A stretch of DNA of 64,000 bases, from the IMG/VR virus record IMGVR_UViG_3300029305_011567; one strand, given 5' to 3'. This document shows, piece by piece, positions 8,359-18,100 of the stretch. The stretch comes from an uncultured virus (IMG/VR IMGVR_UViG_3300029305_011567) (lineage: Duplodnaviria > Heunggongvirae > Uroviricota > Caudoviricetes). A program made the translations under genes and the position numbers. The first letter of the stretch is position 1; each line of letters opens with the position of its first letter. Below the pieces are notes generated by a model. That model worked only from the letters and a program-made list of their open reading frames with translations. It did not search any database and was not told where the DNA came from.

Positions 8359-11300
8359 ATGAGAAAGAAATGGAAACGAATAATCGCTCTTGTCCTTTGC
8401 GCATGTATGTTTGTATCCATGAATGGATTTGCGGAAGTAAAGGCACAAGGAGAGGTTACGATTGAAGTAACACCTACACTTGAGGTAACGCCGAGTACGG
8501 AACCTACTGTTACAATAACGGACACACCGACAGAAACTGCTGCACAGGTGTCACCGACACAGGAAGCGGTAACGCAGGAACCGGCACAGAGTACACAAAA
8601 CCCGTCCCCTACGCAGGGAGAAACAGACGAAACGGTTTCAACGGTTCCAAGTGAAAGCCCTTCTGTAACAGACAGCGTAAGCGCGACACCATCCGAGGAA
8701 GAAACGGAAGAAACCGGGGATATCACTCAGGAACCGGATGCAGAGGTCACCTTAGAACCCGTACCGACACCGGACATCATGGATGGCGTACATGAGGAAA
8801 GTGTTACAGTATCATTCCTTACGATGGATGCAGATGAAGTGTATACGGTAACGGCGGAAATGGAAATTGCGTTTGGGGGAACCATTGAGGTATTCCCCGA
8901 TGCCAATACACCGGATGGGTTTACCTTCCTTTACTGGGATGATGAATACCACAATGTTATTTCCTATGACACCATGTTTACCAAAGATACCTATGTCTGG
9001 GCGGAGTATGCCATGGCACCGACCTTTGAGGAGGAACTGACCGAAGAAGAACGCGCCATGCGCAGTTATTCCTCGATTGCAACCATGACCGAAGAAGAGG
9101 TGTATGAGCTATTCTATACCGGTGAGTCACCCAAAGAGATTTTGGGTTACTTACAGGGTGTGGAAGAATATTATGGCTATGATTGTGCAGAGTGGTGGCC
9201 GATGTCGTTTTTCAGGGCAACCATCTTTGACTTTATCTTAAAAGAACATCTGGTGTGGCTGGATGCAAATAATCTGACACTGGACGATGTGTATAACGTC
9301 CTTTACGGCGGTGATCCGAATAACATCATGCAGAACTACCCGGATATGCAGGACCTTCTTGACTACCGCGAAATGTATCTGATGTTTAAGCCCATGCCGC
9401 TGGCGGGGGATTATGAATTATCCACCGTGGATTTTCATGTATCGGCGGTTAATTTAACGGGAAGTCTTTATTTTGAAGATACCACGATGGCGCTTGGTGT
9501 AGGTATCCGCGGGGATGGTTCCCATGGCTCCATCTACCGTCTGACATTAAGTGACGGGACAAACACCTACCCGCGGACGTTTTGTGCCAGATATGGTTAT
9601 CCGATTTCCTCCGGCATGAGCTTTAACGAAGTGGAAGCATCCTCCCTTGGTGTTGATACGGCGGAACGCCAGCTCATTTATAAGATTGTGAAGTGGTATG
9701 CAAACCGTGTGGCAAATGTACCGTCCGCAGGCAGAAAGAATGACTACTATCTGGAATCGCAGATTGCCGTGTGGTTGGTGCTTAATAATAACTTCCCGAC
9801 AAAGGCAGCATATGATGGAAGCACTAAGGAAGCGGCACAGTATATTTTGCACCACTGTCCGATTTCCAGCTACATGGAGAACCCGGATAACCTGCTGCCG
9901 GATTTGATTTCCTTGGTCGGTTCCGTATGGAATCTTGGCAATGCCACCGTGGATGAGATTGATGTAAACCTTCATTTTTTATCCAACGGCCTTGCGGACA
10001 ACCAGTGGGTGTTGACGTACGATGAAATAAGCCCTGATGTTCAAACTCCCACCCCCACGGAAACGGTGACACCGCCTCCGGCACAGGATGAGGATAATCC
10101 GGAGTATTACGGAAGAATACAGATTTGTAAAAAAGACTCGGTTTCTGACCGGGTTATTGTGCATGATACGGAATTTACGATTTATGAGTGGAACGGCAGC
10201 GCATATGTCGCATCCGACACCTATCAGATGCGCCGTGACGGGGATTATTACGTGTCGGACTACTTATTATATACGGACGAAAACGAAGGGCGTTTTTATG
10301 TCAAGGAAACCGAGCGTCCGTATGATGCTGTTTTTTCAGGCTATATCCCGGATAATAATAACTACTACTTTGTGATGGAAGTGGATGAAGCCTTACAGAC
10401 CGTGACGATAAAGGGAGATACCACGGCAAGTGCCAATGCGGAACGCTATGTTATTGAGGATGAGGGCGATTTAACGGATTTTGCGCTTGCCACGATTGAA
10501 AATACGGGAGATACGTCAAAGCCGTATTTCTATAACACGGCATCTACGGGTAGGGTAACGCTTACAAAGATTGATTTGGAAGCCAATGCCAATACCACGC
10601 AGGGTGATGCAGTAAGCCTTGACGGGGCAAGCTATACGCTGTATGCCGCGGAAAACATTCTGTACCCGGACGGACATGGTGTAGTGATTGCCGAGGGAAC
10701 GGCAGTGGATACCAAGACCATCCAAAACGGTACGCTTACCTTTGATGATTTATACCTTGGATGTTATTACATTAAGGAAAATGTCAGCCATACCACAGCA
10801 GACGGTAAAAAAATGAGTTATGTAACGGGCTATCTGGTGGATGAAAACACCTATTATGTGTCCCTTTACTATAACTATGACGACCCCGCAAGTGTGGTAA
10901 CAGATTCTGCGCAGAGTGCGGAGCAGGTGGTAAAGGCAAAGTTTTCCTTTGAAAAGGAATCCGTCAATGAGGAAGCCACCAACCCGCTTTCCGATGCGGG
11001 ATTTACCATCTACCGTATTGAAGCTCTATCCAAGTATACGGACTCATGGAAAAATGCGGATGGCACTTATAACATACAGGCGATCCGTGCCGCGTATTTA
11101 AACCGTGGCGCAGGTAATATCATGCAAAACGGTGTGCTGGTGCATACGGATGTGTATGATTTTACCGGCGAGGAAAATGCGATTCCTGTTGTGTATGCGA
11201 GAAATACGGCAACTACCGCGACTTCCTTTAGCGGGGTAACGGAATATTATTACAATCAGACGCAGGCAGACGTAAATGCGGGACGGCTGATTGCGATTGG

Positions 11301-14300
11301 TGGAAATGCCTACCGCGTGGCAGAACTTTTCAGTGATGATAAGGGTATTGTGACAAGCCCCTATCTGCCGTATGGCGATTATCTGATCGTGGAAACCACC
11401 ACACCGCTTGACCATAACCAGACAGAGCCGTTTATCTTAAATTTCTACTCCGGACTGACACATATCGGTACGGGTGTAACGGACAGTATTCCGTTTGGCT
11501 ATTCCATTACAAGCGGATATAACTTAATGGCAGAGAATGTATCGGCTACTGAGCCGTATGCGGCATGGTACCGTGCGTGTGAAAGTGTTACCGTACCGGA
11601 CCATGTAACCACGCAGATGCTTAAAATCTATAAGTACGATGCGGATACCAAGAAAGATGTACTGGCACCGGGCGCGGAGTTTGCCCTTTATAAAAGGGAA
11701 ATGCTGACCTTAAACGGCACACCGGTAACCACACAGAGCCAGTTTAATGATTACAAGTATTTAATCGGTGTCGGTAAGTTTTCACAAAATGACACGATTC
11801 TTACCACCACGGATGGTACGGGAGAGGAAGTCGTATACGAAATCCGTATCATGGATGGTACGTATTACCGCTTTAAGCGCATTAAGTCCGTATCAAGTGA
11901 CTGGATAGAGTATGACACCTATACCACAAAGGTAACTTCCGATGGCGACGACTGTTATGTTACGGTTCCCAAAAACCTGCCAATCGGAGAGTATCTGTTA
12001 GAAGAGATACAGGCACCGGAAGGATATTATAACGACCACGGGTATTATCTGTTATTTAAGGTTACCACAAACAGAGAATATACCTTTGTCGGTTTTGGAA
12101 ATGATAACTCCCAAAACTTCCTTATAGAAGAACATTATCAGGATGATGAAACAAGGGCAACCCTTACCATTTATAAGCGTGGTGAGGTCTTAACGGATAT
12201 TACACAGACACCGGTTACTAATCCAAACGTCCTTGATGCGCTTGGTGTGGCAAATGCAGATACCGTTTCTTTTGAGTATACGGAAGAGTATCTTGCAGGT
12301 GCCGAATATACCATTTATGCTGCTGCCGATATCCACACACCGGATTATCAGTATGAGAGAAATGCGGACGGAACATATGTCCTTGATGCTGATGGAAAAA
12401 AAATCCGTACCACATGGTTTAAGGAAGGCGATGTGGTATGTGTGGTAAGAACCGGTGAAGCAGGACAAAGTACCAGTGCCTATGTAACCTATGATGGAAC
12501 TTCGCCGCGGGTGGAAACGACGTATGATGCCGGTGGCAATGTAACGGGAACAGCTTATTATGGTACGTCAAGCGGCACCTATTCCACACATGCATCCCAT
12601 CCGATTGTAAAGGTTACTGTGGACGCAGAGGGAAAAGTAACCGTGGAATTACCGCTTGGTGACTACATGGTGGCAGAAACCAAGGCGCCCGCAGGCTTTA
12701 CGAAAAGCGCAGATACTTATTTAGTATCATTTGAATGGGAAGGACAGGACGTTCAGCCCGTACATAACTGCCATGCGACGCAGGAGTGTGATGATGTAAG
12801 TTATGACCGTGACAGAAGCGGAGAAAGTGGTGCGTACACAGAAGAAGGTCTTGTATGGGTAAATGAACCTATGACACCTGCATTAACCGTGAATAAACGT
12901 GCCGTGGAGAACGGACAGCTGTTAAGCGGACTTACTTACGGACTGGTTTCATTTGAACCGATTTATGATTACCGCGGAAATCTGCTTTTGTCTGCGGACA
13001 TTGATGCACCGGCGCTGATTGCATATGGTACTACCGATGCATCCGGTAATCTGATTTTTACAGAGCGTTTACCGGTTGGTGTTTATATGGAAAATGCTAC
13101 GGGTTCGTATCAGATAGCCGGAACAGCAGACGAAACCACACTGGATGGAAATATGACAAACCATGTGCTGACAGGCTTTGTGCAGAATACGGGTTATCTG
13201 GTGCGCGGCGGTGTTTCGCAGCGTACTGTAACACGTACTTATGAACAGCTGACAGGAGAAACACTGGGAGCGGGTGAAACATACCCGACAACGCTTGTTT
13301 ATAAGGGTTATACCTTTACCTTTGACGGAGTGGCATATAGTTGCGACGTCGCAACTAATCAGTCGTCCAACACCGGTAATTACGCCCTGCTTGAGATGTA
13401 TACACCGTATGGTATTTATCTGGAAGATACTGCTTATGGCGTATCCTACCACGCATACTATACCAATGACGGTATTTATAAAGGTCAGTTTATTGGCGAC
13501 ACCGCCGTAACAGACATGAAAGCCGATATGTCGGATCTGGTAACCATTACAAACCGTACCACAAGGGTACTGGTGAATAAAAAAGATGCTACATCCGTCG
13601 TTATGCTTTCCGGTGCCACACTTGCGGTTCTGGATAATGCGGATGGTATGACTGTGGATAAATGGGTGACAAACGGAAGCACCCATGTCATTCACGGACT
13701 TCGGTTAAATGATACGGTACCGCTTACGAAAAATGCCGTTGGCACATATACGCTCCGCGAGCTTCAGGCACCGGGCGGATATGCTGTTTCCGAGGATATC
13801 TGCTTTGCACTGGTAAAACGGCCCATGCTTGACGCAGACGGAAATCCGATTATGGATGCACTTGGCAATCCTGTATATGATGCCTATGAAAACGATGTGT
13901 ATGCATGGGTAGAAACCTATGCCGAAGCCGAAGCATCTACTGTGGTTGCCAGTGGTGAAACCGCGCAGTATACATGGAAAATCAATGAATACGGCGTACT
14001 GTATTTGGCACTGAAAGAGGGCGTTGCTTCTTATGAACTTCCGATACGTCTGTATCATACACAGACCATCGACGGGGAAGAAGTGCTTGTGCCGGATGTC
14101 CTTATGCCGTGGGAAGATGATCTCTTTGATACAGATGGAAATCCGATTACTTATCAGGTGACGGATGTACTGATTAAGGAAGAAACCTTTACTTATCAGG
14201 ACGGATACTTCGAGGATTATCATATTCTGCCTGCGGAAACGGAATTTTTGGATACCAAAGTGGTGCAGATACTTACTTCAAGCGGTTTTTATAAGGTAGA

Positions 14301-15060
14301 TAACCAGACCATCAATATGTATGATGCACTGGTAAATCCGAACCCGCCAAAACCGCAACCACAGACACCACAACCGACACCGACACCTACGCCGATACCC
14401 ACGCCACTGGCAAGAGTATGTGTTTCAAAACAGATACTTACGGGTAATACGGAGCTCCCCGGTGCGAAACTTGTGATTTTGGATGCGCAGGGTAATGTGA
14501 TGGAGTCATGGATATCCTCAAATGAACCACACTATACGGACAAGCTAAAGGCAGGGGAAGCGTATATCCTTCGTGAACTGTATGCACCCGCCGGTTATGC
14601 CGTAAGTGAAGATATTGCATTTTTGGTATATGAAGGAAAATTAACCCATGTCACCATGAAAGATGGATATACAAGGGTATCGGTTTCCAAACTGTCAACC
14701 TACGCAGACACGCCGGTTGTAGGTGCAACATTAAGGCTTAGTGATGAGCAGGGAAATGTTGTTGAGGAATGGGTGTCTAACGGAGAACCGTATGTATTTA
14801 CGGCAAGACTGTGCGGAGGCATGAACTACGTGTTGGAAGAACTGGAAGCACCGGACGGCTACCGCCTTGCCGCGCCGATTTCCTTTACCGTCAACAGGCA
14901 TAATGAAATTACCTATGTGTCGATGTATGATGCACCAAACGCCGTAACGGGCGATGGTACACCGATTACGATTTACATTGTGATACTGGTAGTGCTTGTT
15001 GTGTGTGCGTTAGCTGTGACGGGTATCTTACTATTTAACAATAAGAAAAAGAAAAAGTAA
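8359..15060 (+). CDS. Giant sortase-anchored adhesin with putative thioester domain and SpaA/CnaB-type repeats
   Basis: Signal peptide; TFC...SQIAVW motif pair; repeated K.D...L.GA.F / Y.L.E..AP.GY units; C-terminal NAVTGD + TM helix + KKKKK. Confidence 0.9.
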   Translation: MRKKWKRIIALVLCACMFVSMNGFAEVKAQGEVTIEVTPTLEVTPSTEPTVTITDTPTETAAQVSPTQEAVTQEPAQSTQNPSPTQGETDETVSTVPSESPSVTDSVSATPSEEETEETGDITQEPDAEVTLEPVPTPDIMDGVHEESVTVSFLTMDADEVYTVTAEMEIAFGGTIEVFPDANTPDGFTFLYWDDEYHNVISYDTMFTKDTYVWAEYAMAPTFEEELTEEERAMRSYSSIATMTEEEVYELFYTGESPKEILGYLQGVEEYYGYDCAEWWPMSFFRATIFDFILKEHLVWLDANNLTLDDVYNVLYGGDPNNIMQNYPDMQDLLDYREMYLMFKPMPLAGDYELSTVDFHVSAVNLTGSLYFEDTTMALGVGIRGDGSHGSIYRLTLSDGTNTYPRTFCARYGYPISSGMSFNEVEASSLGVDTAERQLIYKIVKWYANRVANVPSAGRKNDYYLESQIAVWLVLNNNFPTKAAYDGSTKEAAQYILHHCPISSYMENPDNLLPDLISLVGSVWNLGNATVDEIDVNLHFLSNGLADNQWVLTYDEISPDVQTPTPTETVTPPPAQDEDNPEYYGRIQICKKDSVSDRVIVHDTEFTIYEWNGSAYVASDTYQMRRDGDYYVSDYLLYTDENEGRFYVKETERPYDAVFSGYIPDNNNYYFVMEVDEALQTVTIKGDTTASANAERYVIEDEGDLTDFALATIENTGDTSKPYFYNTASTGRVTLTKIDLEANANTTQGDAVSLDGASYTLYAAENILYPDGHGVVIAEGTAVDTKTIQNGTLTFDDLYLGCYYIKENVSHTTADGKKMSYVTGYLVDENTYYVSLYYNYDDPASVVTDSAQSAEQVVKAKFSFEKESVNEEATNPLSDAGFTIYRIEALSKYTDSWKNADGTYNIQAIRAAYLNRGAGNIMQNGVLVHTDVYDFTGEENAIPVVYARNTATTATSFSGVTEYYYNQTQADVNAGRLIAIGGNAYRVAELFSDDKGIVTSPYLPYGDYLIVETTTPLDHNQTEPFILNFYSGLTHIGTGVTDSIPFGYSITSGYNLMAENVSATEPYAAWYRACESVTVPDHVTTQMLKIYKYDADTKKDVLAPGAEFALYKREMLTLNGTPVTTQSQFNDYKYLIGVGKFSQNDTILTTTDGTGEEVVYEIRIMDGTYYRFKRIKSVSSDWIEYDTYTTKVTSDGDDCYVTVPKNLPIGEYLLEEIQAPEGYYNDHGYYLLFKVTTNREYTFVGFGNDNSQNFLIEEHYQDDETRATLTIYKRGEVLTDITQTPVTNPNVLDALGVANADTVSFEYTEEYLAGAEYTIYAAADIHTPDYQYERNADGTYVLDADGKKIRTTWFKEGDVVCVVRTGEAGQSTSAYVTYDGTSPRVETTYDAGGNVTGTAYYGTSSGTYSTHASHPIVKVTVDAEGKVTVELPLGDYMVAETKAPAGFTKSADTYLVSFEWEGQDVQPVHNCHATQECDDVSYDRDRSGESGAYTEEGLVWVNEPMTPALTVNKRAVENGQLLSGLTYGLVSFEPIYDYRGNLLLSADIDAPALIAYGTTDASGNLIFTERLPVGVYMENATGSYQIAGTADETTLDGNMTNHVLTGFVQNTGYLVRGGVSQRTVTRTYEQLTGETLGAGETYPTTLVYKGYTFTFDGVAYSCDVATNQSSNTGNYALLEMYTPYGIYLEDTAYGVSYHAYYTNDGIYKGQFIGDTAVTDMKADMSDLVTITNRTTRVLVNKKDATSVVMLSGATLAVLDNADGMTVDKWVTNGSTHVIHGLRLNDTVPLTKNAVGTYTLRELQAPGGYAVSEDICFALVKRPMLDADGNPIMDALGNPVYDAYENDVYAWVETYAEAEASTVVASGETAQYTWKINEYGVLYLALKEGVASYELPIRLYHTQTIDGEEVLVPDVLMPWEDDLFDTDGNPITYQVTDVLIKEETFTYQDGYFEDYHILPAETEFLDTKVVQILTSSGFYKVDNQTINMYDALVNPNPPKPQPQTPQPTPTPTPIPTPLARVCVSKQILTGNTELPGAKLVILDAQGNVMESWISSNEPHYTDKLKAGEAYILRELYAPAGYAVSEDIAFLVYEGKLTHVTMKDGYTRVSVSKLSTYADTPVVGATLRLSDEQGNVVEEWVSNGEPYVFTARLCGGMNYVLEELEAPDGYRLAAPISFTVNRHNEITYVSMYDAPNAVTGDGTPITIYIVILVVLVVCALAVTGILLFNNKKKKK

Positions 15061-15129
15061 TGAAGTAAAGCCATGCAGGGTGTCATAGCCCTGTGTGGCA
15101 TTTGCCAGTATTGGCAGAATGGAGAAACT

Positions 15130-18100
15130 ATGAAGAAAAGAGTTATATCCATACTAACTGTATTATTTTTAATCGCGGGGCTTTTGTGGCATGAAAACTA
15201 TGCCACGGCTTCTCAGCGTATAACCATTACTTACGTTATGGACGGTAATACTGTTGTGACACAAGAAGTTGAGATTGGTTCTACGGCATCTACACCAACG
15301 GTAACTGCACCGGACGGATACTTTATCAGCGGTTATCAGTTATCCGATGGTAGTGCTGTAAGTGCGGATATGGTATATACGTCTGATACGACAGTGTATA
15401 TCCAACTGGAACCGTATTCCCAGACTGTTGCGCAGGATGCGGCGACACCGACACCGGTGGAAATGCTTGTATTAACGGATACTCCGATTCCTACCATTGC
15501 AGAGACAGAGAATACAGAGGATGAGAATACCGATACGGAAAATGGGAATGATATTGCACCCGCAGGTATAAACATTTCCGTGTTCTTTGTGCCGGAAACT
15601 TTTTCTAGTGGACTGCTGCCAACATTAACTGATTATACAGAAAGTGTTGTAGTAACTGCGAATGAACAGGGCACGATTACCATGCCCGTGATTGTAGTGC
15701 CACAAGGTTTGAATTTTACAGGCTATGTGGATGCAGAAGGTAATGCGGTAAATGGGGAAACGGTATTCTTATCAGATACAGCGATCTACGCGCAGTATGC
15801 ACTGGTGCCAATAACCGATGTACCGACTGCCACACCAACGGTTATAGAAACGCCCACGGAATCACCGCTTGTTACAGATGTGCCTGAAATGGTGGAAGAG
15901 GGACAAATACCCACAGAAATTGTGTTAGAACCGGAACTGATTCTTCACTATGTAACGATTCACTATGCGGGACTGGTTACAAGGGACGGGTATACCTATT
16001 ACGATTATGACGATTCTTATGTGTATGTATGCGAAGTAAAAGAAAACGGCACGATTGATATACCGCCACTTTCTTCTTATGCGGGCATGACATATGTTGG
16101 TCTGATGGATGATTATGGCAACTTTGTATCCACAGACACTGTGTTTACCGGTGAGGCAACCCTTTATGCCGTGTACGATTATGGTTACAGTCTGATGTCA
16201 CTTTCCGTAGATGGAGAAGAAGTAACAGAAAGTGCAACTTTGTCTCATGTTCACGGCGGAAGCTCTACCACGGGTGGAACGTGCTACAAAGCGGTGTATC
16301 ATGTCCATGAGGATGCTTGTTATACCACGGGTAAACTGACGGCGTATAGTCACGGTTCAGGTGGACATGCAGATGCGGCCGTAAATGGATGCAACGCAAA
16401 TAAAACATGTCGGTGGATTAGTGGAGGAACGTGTTCCGTGTGCGGAAACGTAACGTATTATTTTCCGTGTAATCAGTCCAAGGCAGCCCCCAAGGTTGGT
16501 GACGTACACTGTAACAAACTAACTTGTACCACAAGTACCACTGAGGTAATCGGCTATAACTTAAATTGTGCACATACCGATTGTGGAACAGTAACCATGG
16601 CAAGCTCCAATACGCAGGATAATGCGCCTAATACAACACTTTCCATTAACCTTGCTTCAAGTGGAGCGGGAGCGACGATTACCGCATATAACTGGTCTAC
16701 GGGTGCTACCACAGATAGCATCTTGGTTGCGAATAACGGAGATTATACCTGTGAGGTAACGTATACCGATAGTGTAACAGGTGCCAGCTCAACCGTAACG
16801 GTTGGGATGACCGTATCAAATATTGATTTCGTTCCACCGACAGTAACAGTAATCGCTGATACGGATACCGCCACAAAGGGGAATGTTAATCTGACCGTCA
16901 GTGCCACAGACAATGTTGGTGTGGCATCTTATTCAATTGACGGCGTAACTTACAGCAGTGCCACCACCTATGAAGTAACCGCAAACGGAACATACACCCT
17001 GTATGCGAAAGACCTTGCGGGAAATGTAGGCACGGCACAGTATACCGTGACAAATATTGATAAAGTGGCACCGGATGTTACGGTAACATTTACCGACGAA
17101 CCGACAAATGGTGCGGTAACTGTAACCATAAGTGCAACAGACCTGCATTCTGCGGGCTATGATACAGCGCATGGTAATAATATTTCCTATTCATTCAATG
17201 GTGCTGCGTATGGTACAAAAACGCAGTATAGCGTAGCACAGAACGGCACCTATATCGTGTCGGTCTGTGATGTTGCAGGAAACGTAACCGAGAAAAGCAT
17301 TACGGTAAACGGGATTGATACGAAGGCACCTGTAATCAGCGGTGTAAACAGCTCTGATACGGCTATGACAAATCAGAACATTACACTTACTGTTTTAGCA
17401 ACGGATACGCAGGACAGTGGCTATGGAAAGAATACACGGCTTACATATTCCATGAATGGCTCCGCAGCTCAGACCTCAAATCAGTTTACCGTCACAACGA
17501 ACGGCACGTATAACTTTGCGGTTACCGATCCAGCAGGAAATAAAGACACCTTTTCTTTTGCCGTGTCAAATATTGATAAAGATGCACCGGAACTGACATA
17601 TAGCCTGTTATCGGATATCGGGACGAGCGGTGTTGTGGATGTACGTATCACGGCTGCGGATAATAACAGTGTGACGCTGATTACAGACGGAACTACGGAT
17701 AAGACGGTATCGGGAACAGATACTACGGCAACCTTTACCTATACGCAGAACGGCACGTATACGTTTACGGCAAGGGATGTTGCAGGAAATGAAAAGTCGG
17801 TAAGCGTGGTGGTGGCAAATATTGATACGCTGGCTCCGTCCATCAACGTACTGGAGATTGCCGATACTGCCCCGCAGAACCGTTTTGTAACGATATGCGC
17901 CGAGGTATCGGAGCAGTACAGTAGTGGCTATGATTCCGCTTCTTATGGAACGGATATCTTTTATAGCTGGAACGGCGGGGAGTTTACAAAAAATGCAACA
18001 TATACCGTTACAGCAAATGGAACTTATACTCTGACGGTTAAAGACCTTTTGGGAAATGAAGCAACTGCCAGTGTGACCGTTTCCAATTTTGATAACATAA

